From contig OZ024744.1 of the NCBI GenBank assembly GCA_964016885.1, positions 116,560,001 through 116,624,000 of the forward strand: a stretch of DNA of 64,000 nucleotides, given 5' to 3'. Below, one piece after another: positions 15,250 to 30,000 of this stretch. The notes beneath the pieces are model-generated. The model was not told the DNA's origin, ran no database searches, and saw nothing but the letters and a program-made list of their open reading frames with translations. Source of the DNA: Eledone cirrhosa. Taxonomy: Eukaryota. The position numbers and the translations under genes were made by a program. Numbering within the stretch: the first letter of the stretch is position 1; the number at the start of each line of letters is the position of its first letter.

Positions 15250-18200
15250 ATGAGAATGTGTGATAATGACTCACGTGAGATAATGACAATGTGAGATAAT
15301 GAGCAATGTGAGATAATGACAATGTCAGATAATGACAATGTGAGATAATGACAATGTGAGATAATGACCAATGTGAGATAATGACAAAGTGAGATAATGA
15401 CAACGTGAGATAATGACCAATGTGAGATAATGACCAACGTGAGATAATGAGAACGTGTGATAATGACTCACGTGAGATAATGACAATGTGAGATAATGAC
15501 CAATGTGAGATAATGACCAATGTGAGATAATGAGAACATGTGATAATGACTCATGTGAGATAATGACCAATGTGAGATAATGACAATGTGAGATAATGAC
15601 AATGTGAGATAATGACCAATGTAAGATAATGACAATGTGAGAAAATGACAATGTGAGATAATGACAATGTGAGATAATGACAACGTGAGATAATGACAAT
15701 GTGAGATAATGACAATGTGAGATAATGACAATGTGAGATAATGACAATGTGAGATAATGACAACGTGAGATAATGACAATGTGAGATAATGACAATGTGA
15801 GATAATGACAATGTGAGATAATGACAATGTGAGATAATGACAATGTGAGATAATGACAATGTGAGATAATGACAATTTGAGATAATGACAATGTGAGATA
15901 ATGACCAATGTGAGATAATGACAATGTGAGATAATGACAATGTGAGATAATGACAATGTGAGATAATGACAATGTGAGATAATGACAATGGGAGATAATG
16001 ACAATGTGAGATAATGACAATGTGAGATAATGACAATGTGGGATAATGACCGATTTGAGATAATGACAATGTGAGATAATGACCAATGTGAGATAATGAC
16101 AATGTGAGATAATGACCAATGTGAGATAATGACAATGTGAGATAATGACCAATGTGAGATAATGACAATGTGAGATAATGGCCAATGTGAGATATTGACC
16201 AATGTGAGATAATGACCAATGTGAGATAATGACTCATGTGAGATAATGACCAATGTGAGATAATGACCAATGTGAGATAATGACAATGTGAGATAATGAC
16301 AATGTGAGATAATGACAATGTGACATAATGACAATGTGAGATAATGACCAATTTGAGATAATGACCAATTTGAGATAATGACCAATGTGAGATAATGACA
16401 ATGTGAGATAATGACAATGTGAGATAATGACAATGTGAGATAATGACAATGTGAGATAATGACCAATGTGAGATAATGAAAATGTGAGATAATGACAATG
16501 TGAGATAATGATCAATGTGAGATAATGACAATGTGAGATAATGACAATGTGAGATAATGACAATGTGAGATAATGACCAATGTGAGATAATGACGATGTG
16601 AGATAATGACAATGTGAGATAATGACAATGTGAGATAATGACAATGTGAGATAATGACCAATGTGAGATAATGACAATGTGAGATAATGACAATGTGAGA
16701 TAATGACCAATGTGAGATAATGACAATGTGAGATAATGACCAATGTGAGATAATGACAATGTGAGATAATGACCAATGTGAGATAATGACCAATGTGAGA
16801 TAATGACAATGTGAGATAATGACCAATGTGAGATAATGACAATGTGAGATAATGACAATGTGAGATAATGACAATGTGAGATAATGACAATGTGAGATAA
16901 TGACAATGTGAGATAATGACAATTTGAGATAATGACAATGTGAGATAATGACCAATGTGAGATAATGACAATGTGAGATAATGACAATGTGAGATAATGA
17001 CCAATGTGAGATAATGACAATGTGAGATAATGACAATGGGAGATAATGACAATGTGAGATAATGACAATGTGAGATAATGACAATGTGAGATAATGAGAA
17101 TGTGTGATAATGACTCACGTGAGATAATGACAATGTGAGATAATGAGCAATGTGAGATAATGACAATGTGAGATAATGACCAATGTGAGATAATGACAAA
17201 GTGAGATAATGACAACGTGAGATAATGACCAATGTGAGATAATGACCAACGTGAGATAATGAGAACGTGTGATAATGACTCACGTGAGATAATGACAATG
17301 TGAGATAATGACCAATGTGAGATAATGACCAATGTGAGATAATGAGAACATGTGATAATGACTCATGTGAGATAATGACCAATGTGAGATAATGACAATG
17401 TGAGATAATGACAATGTGAGATAATGACCAATGTAAGATAATGACAATGTGAGAAAATGACAATGTGAGATAATGACAATGTGAGATAATGACAACGTGA
17501 GATAATGACAATGTGAGATAATGACAATGTGAGATAATGACAATGTGAGATAATGACAATGTGAGATAATGACAACGTGAGATAATGACAATGTGAGATA
17601 ATGACAATGTGAGATAATGACAATGTGAGATAATGACAATGTGAGATAATGACAATGTGAGATAATGACAATGTGAGATAATGACAATTTGAGATAATGA
17701 CAATGTGAGATAATGACCAATGTGAGATAATGACAATGTGAGATAATGACAATGTGAGATAATGACCAATGTGAGATAATGACAATGTGAGATAATGACA
17801 ATGGGAGATAATGACAATGTGAGATAATGACAATGTGAGATAATGACAATGTGGGATAATGACCGATTTGAGATAATGACAATGTGAGATAATGACCAAT
17901 GTGAGATAATGACAATGTGAGATAATGACCAATGTGAGATAATGACAATGTGAGATAATGACCAATGTGAGATAATGACAATGTGAGATAATGGCCAATG
18001 TGAGATATTGACCAATGTGAGATAATGACCAATGTGAGATAATGACTCATGTGAGATAATGACCAATGTGAGATAATGACCAATGTGAGATAATGACAAT
18101 GTGAGATAATGACAATGTGAGATAATGACAATGTGACATAATGACAATGTGAGATAATGACCAATTTGAGATAATGACCAATTTGAGATAATGACCAATG

Positions 18201-18900
18201 TGAGATAATGACAATGTGAGATAATGACAATGTGAGATAATGACAATGTGAGATAATGACAATGTGAGATAATGACCAATGTGAGATAATGAAAATGTGA
18301 GATAATGACAATGTGAGATAATGATCAATGTGAGATAATGACAATGTGAGATAATGACAATGTGAGATAATGACAATGTGAGATAATGACCAATGTGAGA
18401 TAATGACGATGTGAGATAATGACAATGTGAGATAATGACAATGTGAGATAATGACAATGTGAGATAATGACCAATGTGAGATAATGACAATGTGAGATAA
18501 TGACAATGTGAGATAATGACCAATGTGAGATAATGACAATGTGAGATAATGACCAATGTGAGATAATGACAATGTGAGATAATGACCAATGTGAGATAAT
18601 GACCAATGTGAGATAATGACAATGTGAGATAATGACCAATGTGAGATAATGACAATGTGAGATAATGACAATGTGAGATAATGACAATGTGAGATAATGA
18701 CAATGTGAGATAATGACAATGTGAGATAATGACAATTTGAGATAATGACAATGTGAGATAATGACCAATGTGAGATAATGACAATGTGAGATAATGACAA
18801 TGTGAGATAATGACCAATGTGAGATAATGACAATGTGAGATAATGACAATGGGAGATAATGACAATGTGAGATAATGACAATGTGAGATAATGACAATGT
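15250..18900 (+). repeat. Tandem higher-order duplication, 2 x ~1812 bp
   Basis: 15468/17280, 15551/17363, 16234/18047 and 16512/18325. Shared ATGGCCAAT (~16180, ~17993) and GTGGGAT variants. Confidence 0.85.
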
Positions 18901-21900
18901 GAGATAATGACAATGTGAGATAATGACCGATTTGAGATAATGACAATGTGAGATAATGACCAATGTGAGATAATGACAATGTGAGATAATGACCAATGTG
19001 AGATAATGACAATGTGAGATAATGACCAATGTGAGATAATGACAATGTGAGATAATGACCAATGTGAGATATTGACCAATGTGAGATAATGACCAATGTG
19101 AGATAATGACTCATGTGAGATAATGACCAATGTGAGATAATGACCAATGTGAGATAATGACAATGTGAGATAATGACAATGTGAGATAATGACAATGTGA
19201 CATAATGACAATGTGAGATAATGACCAATGTGAGATAATGACCAATGGGAGATAATGAGCAATGTGAGATAATGACAATGTGAGATAATGACCAATGTGA
19301 GATAATGACAATGTGAGATAATGACAATGTGAGATAATGACCAATGTGAGATAATGACAATGTGAGATAATGACACTGTGAGATAATGACAATGTGAGAT
19401 AATGACAACGTGAGATAATGACAATGTGAGATAATGACCAATGTGAGATAATGACAATGTGAGATAATGACAATGTGAGATAATGACCAATGTGAGATAA
19501 TGACCAACTTGAGATAATGAGAACGTGTGATAATGACTCACGTGAGATAATGACAATGTGAGATAATGACCAATGTGAGATAATGACCAATGTGAGATAA
19601 TGAGAACATGTGATAATGACTCATGTGAGATAATGACCAATGTGAGATAATGACAATGTGAGATAATGACAATGTGAGATAATGACCAATGTGAGATAAT
19701 GACAATGTGAGATAATGACAATGTGAGATAATGACCAATGTGAGATAATGACAATGTGAGATAATGACAATGTGAGATAATGACAAGGTGAGATAATGAC
19801 AATGTGAGATAATGACAATGTGAGATAATGACAATGTGAGATAATGACAATATGACATAATGACAATGTGAGATAATGACAATGTGAGATAATGACAATG
19901 TGAGATAATGACAACGTGAGATAATGACAATGTGAGATAATGACAATGTGAGATAATGACAATGTGAGATAATGACAACGTGAGATAATGAAAATGTGAG
20001 ATAATGACAATGTGAGATAATGACAATGTGAGATAATGACAATGTGAGATAATGACAATGTGAGATAATGACAATGTGAGATAATGACAATGTGAGATAA
20101 TGACAATGTGAGATAATGACAACGTGAGATAATGACAATTTGAGATAATGACGATGTGAGATAATGACCAATGTGAGATAATGACAATGTGAGATAATGA
20201 CAATGTGAGATAATGACCAATGTGAGATAATGACAATGTGAGATAATGACAATGTGAGATAATGACCAATGTGAGATATTGACCAATGTGAGATAATGAC
20301 AATGTGAGATAATGACCAATGTGAGATAATGACCAATGTGAGATAATGACAATGTGAGATAATGACCAATGTGAGATAATGACTCATGTGAGATAATGAC
20401 CAATGTGAGATAATGACCAATGTGAGATAATGACAATGTGAGATAATGACAATGTGAGATAATGACAATGTGAGATAATGACAATGTGACATAATGACCA
20501 ATTTGAGATAATGACCAATTTGAGATAATGACCAATGTGAGATAATGACAATGTGAGATAATGACAATTTGAGATAATGACAATGTGAGATAATGACAAT
20601 GTGAGATAATGACCAATTTGAGATAATGACAATGTGAGATAATGACAATGTGAGATAATGACCAATGTGAGATAATGACAAAGTGAGATAATGACAATGT
20701 GAGATAATGACAATGTGAGATAATGACCAATGTGAGATAATGACAATGTGAGATAATGACAATGTGAGATAATGACAATGTGAGATAATGACAATGTGAG
20801 ATAATGACCAATGTGAGATAATGACAATGTGAGATAATGACAATCTGAGATAATGACCAATGTGAGATAATGACAATGTGAGATAATGACAATGTGAGAT
20901 AATGACAATGTGAGATAATGACCAATGTGAGATAATGACAATGTGAGATAATGACCAATGTGAGATAATGACCAATGTGAGATAATGACAATGTGAGATA
21001 ATGACCAATGTGAGATAATGACAAAGTCAGATAATGACCAATGTGAGATAATGACCAATGTGAGATAATGAGCAATGTGAGATAATGACAATGTGAGATA
21101 ATGACCAGTGTGAGATAATGACAATGTGAGATAATGACAATGTGAGATAATGACAATGTGAGATAATGACAATGTGAGATAATGACAATGGGAGATAATG
21201 ACAATGTGAGATAATGACGATGTGAGATAATGACCAACGTGAGATAATGAGAATGTGTGATAATGACTCACGTGAGATAATGACAATGTGAGATAATGAG
21301 CAATGTGAGATAATGACAATGTGAGATAATGACAATGTGAGATAATGACAATGTGAGATAATGACCAATGTGAGATAATGACAAAGTGAGATAATGACAA
21401 TGTGAGATAATGACCAATGTGAGATAATGACCAACGTGAGATAATGAGAACGTGTGATAATGACTCACGTGAGATAATGACAATGTGAGATAATGACCAA
21501 TGTGAGATAATGACCAATGTGAGATAATGAGAACATGTGATAATGACTCATGTGAGATAATGACCAATGTGAGATAATGACAATGTGAGATAATGACAAT
21601 GTGAGATAATGACCAATGTGAGATAATGACCAATGTGAGATAATGACCAATGTAAGATAATGACAATGTGAGAAAATGACAATGTGAGATAATGACAATG
21701 TGAGATAATGACAACGTGAGATAATGACAATGTGAGATAATGACAATGTGAGATAATGACAATGTGAGATAATGACAATGTGAGATAATGACAACGTGAG
21801 ATAATGACAATGTGAGATAATGACAATGTGAGATAATGACAATGTGAGATAATGACAATGTGAGATAATGACAATGTGAGATAATGACAATGTGAGATAA

Positions 21901-24460
21901 TGACAATTTGAGATGATGACAATGTGAGATAATGACCAATGTGAGATAATGACAATGTGAGATAATGACAATGTGAGATAATGACCAATGTGAGATAATG
22001 ACAATGTGAGATAATGACAATGGGAGATAATGACAATGTGAGATAATGACAATGTGAGATAATGACAATGTGGGATAATGACCGATTTGAGATAATGACA
22101 ATGTGAGATAATGACCAATGTGAGATAATGACAATGTGAGATAATGACCAATGTGAGATAATGACAATGTGAGATAATGACCAATGTGAGATAATGACAA
22201 TGTGAGATAATGACCAATGTGAGATATTGACCAATGTGAGATAATGACCAATGTGAGATAATGACTCATGTGAGATAATGACCAATGTGAGATAATTACC
22301 AATGTGAGATAATGACAATGTGAGATAATGACAATGTGAGATAATGACAATGTGACATAATGACAATGAGAGATAATGACCAATTTGAGATAATGACCAA
22401 TTTGAGATAATGACCAATGTGAGATAATGACAATGTGAGATAATGACAATGTGAGATAATGACAATGTGAGATAATGACAATGTGAGATAATGACCAATG
22501 TGAGATAATGAAAATGTGAGATAATGACAATGTGAGATAATGATCAATGTGAGATAATGACAATGTGAGATAATGACAATGTGAGATAATGACAATGTGA
22601 GATAATGACCAATGTGAGATAATGACGATGTGAGATAATGACAATGTGAGATAATGACAATGTGAGATAATGACAATGTGAGATAATGACCAATGTGAGA
22701 TAATGACAATGTGAGATAATGACAATGTGAGATAATGACCAATGTGAGATAATGACAATGTGAGATAATGACAATGTGAGATAATGACAATGTGAGATAA
22801 TGACCAATGTGAGATAATGACAATGTGAGATAATGACCAATGTGAGATAATGACCAATGTGAGATAATGACAATGTGAGATAATGACCAATGTGAGATAA
22901 TGACAATGAGAGATAATGACAATGTGAGATAATGACAATGTGAGATAATGACCAATGTGAGATAATGACAAAGTGAGATAATGACAATGTGAGATAATGA
23001 CAATGTGAGATAATGACAATGTGAGATAATGAAAATGTGAGATAATGACAATGTGAGATAATGACAATGTGAGATAATGACCAATGTGAGATAATGACAA
23101 AGTGAGATAATGACAAGGTGAGATAATGACCAATGTGAGATAATGACAATGTGAGATAATGACAATGTGACATAATTACCAACGTGAGATAATGACAATG
23201 GGAGATAATGACAATGTGAGATAGTGACCAATGTGAGATAATGACAATGTGAGATAATGACCAATGTGAGGTAATGACAATGTGAGATAATGACCAATGT
23301 GAGATAATGACAACGTGAGATAATGACAATGTGAGATAATGACCAATGTGAGATAATGACCAATGTGAGATAATGACAATGTGAGATAATGACAATGTGA
23401 GATAATGACCAATGTGAGATAATGACAATGTGAGATAATGACAATGTGAGATAATGACAATGTGAGATAATGACCAATGTGAGATAATGACAATGTGAGA
23501 TAATGACAATGTGAGATAATGACCAATGTGAGTTAATGACCAATGTGAGATAATGAGAACGTGTGATAATGACTCACGTGAGATAATGACAATGGGAGAT
23601 AATGACCAATGTGAGATAATGACCAATGTGAGATAATGAGAACATGTGATAATGATTCATGTGAGATAATGACCAATGTGAGATAATGACAATGTGAGAT
23701 AATGACAATGTGAGATAATGACAACATGAGATAATGACAACGTGAGATAATGACAATGTGAGATAAGGACAATGTGAGATAATGACAATGTGAGATAATG
23801 ACAACGTGAGATAATGACAACGTGAGATAATGACAATGTGAGATAATGACAATGTGAGATAATGACAATGTGAGATAATGACAATGTGAGATAATGACAA
23901 TGTGAGATAATGACAATGTGATATAATGACAACGTGAGATAATGACAATGTGAGATAATGACGAATGTGAGATAATGACAATGTGAGATAATGACAATGT
24001 AAGATAATGACCAATGTGAGATAATGACAATGTGAGATAATGACCAATGTGAGGTAATGACAATGTGAGATAATGAGCAATGTGAGATAATGACAATGTG
24101 AGATAATGACAATGTGAGATAATGACAATGTGAGATAATGACCAATGTGAGATAATGACAATGTGAGATAATGACAATGTGAGATAATGACCAATGTGAG
24201 ATAATGACCAATGTGAGATAATGAGAACGTGTGATAATGACTCACGTGAGATAATGACAATGTGAGATAATGACAATGTGAGATAATGACCAATGTGAGA
24301 TAATGACAATGTGAGATAATGACAATGTCAGATAATGACAATGTGAGATAATGACCAATGTGAGATAATGACAATGTGAGATAATGACCAATGTGAGATA
24401 TTGACCAATGTGAGATAATGACCAATGTGAGATAATGACTCATGTGAGATAATGACCAAT
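17880..24460 (+). repeat. ~6.5-kb block recopied at ~31.1-37.7 kb and ~42.0-48.5 kb
   Basis: Offset 13263 at many markers: 18047/31310, 19111/32374, 20384/33647, 21548/34811, 22544/35807, 23657/36920, 24440/37703. Confidence 0.85.
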
Positions 24461-26040
24461 GTGAGATAATGACCAATGTGAGATAATGACAATGTGAGAT
24501 AATGACAATGTGAGATAATGACAATGTGACATAATGACAATGTGAGATAATGACCAATTTGAGATAATGACCAATTTGAGATAATGACCAATGTGAGATA
24601 ATGACAATGTGAGATAATGACAATGTGAGATAATGACAATGTGAGATAATGACAATGTGAGATAATGACAATGTGAGATAATGACCAATGTGAGATAATG
24701 ACGATGTGAGATAATGACAATGTGAGATAATGACAATGTGAGATAATGACAATGTGAGATAATGACCAATGTGAGATAATGACAATGTGAGATAATGACA
24801 ATGTTAGATAATGACCAATGTGAGATAATGACAATGTGAGATAATGACAATGTGAGATAATGACAATGTGAGATAATGACCAATGTGTGATAATGACAAT
24901 GTGAGATAATGACCAATGTGAGATAATGACCAATGTGAGATAATGACAATGTGAGATAATGACCAATGTGAGATAATGACAATGTGAGATAATGACAATG
25001 TGAGATAATGACAACGTGAGATAATGACAATGTGAAATAATGACAATGTGAGATAATGACAATGTGAGATAATGACAATGTGAGATAATGACAACGTGAG
25101 ATAATGACAATTTGAGATAATGACAATGTGAGATAATGACCAATGTGAGATAATGACAATGTGAGATAATGACAATGTGAGATAATGACAATGTCAGATA
25201 ATGACAATGTGAGATAATGACCAATGTGAGATAATGACAATGTGAGATAATGACCAATGTGAGATATTGACCAATGTGAGATAATGACCAATGTGAGATA
25301 ATGACTCATGTGAGATAATGACCAATGTGAGATAATGACCAATGTGAGATAATGACAATGTGAGATAATGACAATGTGAGATAATGACAATGTGACATAA
25401 TGACAATGTGAGATAATGACCAATTTGAGATAATGACCAATTTGAGATAATGACCAATGTGAGATAATGACAATGTGAGATAATGACAATGTGAGATAAT
25501 GACAATGTGAGATAATGACAATGTGAGATAATGACAATGTGAGATAATGACCAATGTGAGATAATGACGATGTGAGATAATGACAATGTGAGATAATGAC
25601 AATGTGAGATAATGACAATGTGAGATAATGACCAATGTGAGATAATGACAATGTGAGATAATGACAATGTTAGATAATGACCAATGTGAGATAATGACAA
25701 TGTGAGATAATGACAATGTGAGATAATGACAATGTGAGATAATGACCAATGTGTGATAATGACAATGTGAGATAATGACCAATGTGAGATAATGACCAAT
25801 GTGAGATAATGACAATGTGAGATAATGACCAATGTGAGATAATGACAATGTGAGATAATGACAATGTGAGATAATGACAACGTGAGATAATGACAATGTG
25901 AAATAATGACAATGTGAGATAATGACAATGTGAGATAATGACAATGTGAGATAATGACAACGTGAGATAATGACAATTTGAGATAATGACAATGTGAGAT
26001 AATGACCAATGTGAGATAATGACAATGTGAGATAATGACA
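24310..26040 (+). repeat. Tandem higher-order duplication, 2 x 866 bp
   Basis: 24328/25194, 24440/25306 and 24804/25670. Shared GTCAG, GTTAG and GTGAAAT variants. Confidence 0.88.
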
Positions 26041-27034
26041 ATGTGAGATAATGACCAATGTGAGATAATGACCAATGTGAGATAATGACCAATGTGAGAT
26101 AATGAGCAATGTGAGATAATGACAATGTGAGATAATGACAAATGTGAGATAATGACAATGTGAGATAATGACCAACATGAGATAATGACAATGTGAGATA
26201 ATGCCAATGTGAGATAATGACAATGTGAGATAATGACAATGTGAGATAATGACAATGTGAGATAATGACCAATGTGAGATAATGACCAATGGGAGATAAT
26301 GACCAACGTGAGATAATGACAATGTGAGATAATGACCAATGTGAGATAATGACCAATGTGAGATAATGATCAATGTGAGATAATGACAATGTGAGATAAT
26401 GACCAATGTGAGATAATGACGATGTGAGATAATGACCAACGTGAGATAATGACAATGTGAGATAATGACCAATGTGAGATAATGACCAATGTGAGATAAT
26501 GAGCAATGTGAGATAATGACAATGTGAGATAATGACAATGTGAGATAATGACAATGTGAGATAATGACCAATGTGAGATAATGACAATGTGAGATAATGA
26601 CAATGTGAGATAATGACCAATGTGAGATAATGACCAATGGGAGATAATGAGCAATGTGAGATAATGACAATGTGAGATAATGACCAATGTGAGATAATGA
26701 CAATGTGAGATAATGACAATGTGAGATAATGACCAATGTGAGATAATGACAATGTGAGATAATGACAATGTGAGATAATGACAATGTGAGATAATGACAA
26801 CGTGAGATAATGACAATGTGAGATAATGACCAATGTGAGATAATGACAATGTGAGATAATGACAACGTGAGATAATGACAATGTGAGATAATGACCAATG
26901 TGAGATAATGACCAACTTGAGATAATGAGAACGTGTGATAATGACTCACGTGAGATAATGACAATGTGAGATAATGACCAATGTGAGATAATGACCAATG
27001 TGAGATAATGAGAACATGTGATAATGACTCATGT

Positions 27035-30000
27035 GAGATAATGACCAATGTGAGATAATGACAATGTGAGATAATGACAATGTGAGATAATGACAACGTG
27101 AGATAATGACAATGTGAGATAATGACAATGTGAGATAATGACAATGTGAGATAATGACAATGTGAGATAATGACAACGTGAGATAATGAAAATGTGAGAT
27201 AATGACAATGTGAGATAATGACAATGTGAGATAATGAGAATGTGAGATAATGACAATGTGAGATAATGACAATGTGAGATAATGACAATGTGAGATAATG
27301 ACAATGTGAGATAATAACAACGTGAGATAATGACAATTTGAGATAATGACAATGTGAGATAATGACCAATGTGAGATAATGACAATGTGAGATAATGACA
27401 ATGTGAGATAATGACCAATGTGAGATAATGACAATGTGAGATAATGACAATGTGAGATAATGACCAATGTGAGATATTGACCAATGTGAGATAATGACAA
27501 TGTGAGATAATGACCAATGTGAGATAATGACAATGTGAGATAATGACCAATGTGAGATAATGACTCATGTGAGATAATGACCAATGTGAGATAATGACCA
27601 ATGTGAGATAATGACAATGTGAGATAATGACAATGTGAGATAATGACAATGTGAGATAATGACCAATGTAAGATAATGACCAATGTGAGATAATGAGAAC
27701 ATGTGATAATGACTCATGTGAGATAATGACCAATGTGAGATAATGACAATGTGAGATAATGACAATGTGAGATAATGACCAATGTGAGATAATGACAATG
27801 TGAGATAATGACAATGTGAGATAATGACAATGTGAGATAATGACAACGTGAGATAATGACAATGTGAGATAATGACAATGTGAGATAATGACAATGTGAG
27901 ATAATGACAATGTGAGATAATGAAAATGTGAGATAATGACAATGTGAGATAATGACAATGTGAGATAATGACAATGTGAGATAATGACAATGTGAGATAA
28001 TGACAATGTGAGATAATGACAATGTGAGATAATGACAACGTGAGATAATGACAATTTGAGATAATGACAATGTGAGATAATGACCAATGTGAGATAATGA
28101 CAATGTGAGATAATGACAATGTGAGATAATGACCAATGTGAGATAATGACAATGTGAGATAATGACAATGTGAGATAATGACCAATGTGAGATATTGACC
28201 AATGTGAGATAATGACAATGTGAGATAATGACCAATGTGAGATAATGACAATGTGAGATAATGACCAATGTGAGATAATGACTCATGTGAGATAATGACC
28301 AATGTGAGATAATGACCAATGTGAGATAATGACAATGTGAGATAATGACAATGTGAGATAATGACAATGTGAGATAATGACAATGTGACATAATGACCAA
28401 TTTGAGATAATGACCAATTTGAGATAATGACCAATGTGAGATAATGACAATGTGAGATAATGACAATTTGAGATAATGACAATGTGAGATAATGACAATA
28501 TGAGATAATGACCAATTTGAGATAATGACAATGTGAGATAATGACAATGTGAGATAATGACCAATGTGAGATAATGACAAAGTGAGATAATGACAATGTG
28601 AGATAATGACAATGTGAGATAATGACCAATGTGAGATAATGACAATGTGAGATAATGACAATGTGAGATAATGACAATGTGAGATAATGACAATGTGAGA
28701 TAATGACCAATGTGAGATAATGAGCAATGTGAGATAATGACAATGTGAGATAATGACCAGTGTGAGATAATGACAATGTGAGATAATGACAATGTGAGAT
28801 AATGACAATGTGAGATAATGACAATGTGAGATAATGAAAATGGGAGATAATGACAATGTGAGATAATGACAATGTGAGATAATGACCAACGTGAGATAAT
28901 GAGAATGTGTGATAATGACTCACGTGAGATAATGACAATGTGAGATAATGAGCAATGTGAGATAATGACAATGTGAGATAATGACAATGTGAGATAATGA
29001 CAATGTGAGATAATGACCAATGTGAGATAATGACCAACGTGAGATAATGAGAACGTGTGATAATGACTCACGTGAGATAATGACAATGTGAGATAATGAC
29101 CAATGTGAGATAATGACCAATGTGAGATAATGAGAACATGTGATAATGACTCATGTGAGATAATGACCAATGTGAGATAATGACAATGTGAGATAATGAC
29201 AATGTGAGATAATGACCAATGTAAGATAATGACAATGTGAGAAAATGACAATGTGAGATAATGACAATGTGAGATAATGACAACGTGAGATAATGACAAT
29301 GTGAGATAATGACAATGTGAGATAATGACAATGTGAGATAATGACAATGTGAGATAATGACAACGTGAGATAATGACAATGTGAGATAATGACAATGTGA
29401 GATAATGACAATGTGAGATAATGACAATGTGAGATAATGACAATGTGAGATAATGACAATGTGAGATAATGACAATGTGAGATAATGACAATTTGAGATA
29501 ATGACAATGTGAGATAATGACCAATGTGAGATAATGACAATGTGAGATAATGACAATGTGAGATAATGACCAATGTGAGATAATGACAATGTGAGATAAT
29601 GACAATGGGAGATAATGACAATGTGAGATAATGACAATGTGAGATAATGACAATGTGAGATAATGACCGATTTGAGATAATGACAATGTGAGATAATGAC
29701 CAATGTGAGATAATGACAATGTGAGATAATGACCAATGTGAGATAATGACAATGTGAGATAATGACCAATGTGAGATAATGACAATGTGAGATAATGACC
29801 AATGTGAGATATTGACCAATGTGAGATAATGACCAATGTGAGATAATGACTCATGTGAGATAATGACCAATGTGAGATAATGACCAATGTGAGATAATGA
29901 CAATGTGAGATAATGACAATGTGAGATAATGACAATGTGACATAATGACAATGTGAGATAATGACCAATGTGAGATAATGACCAATGGGAGATAATGAGC

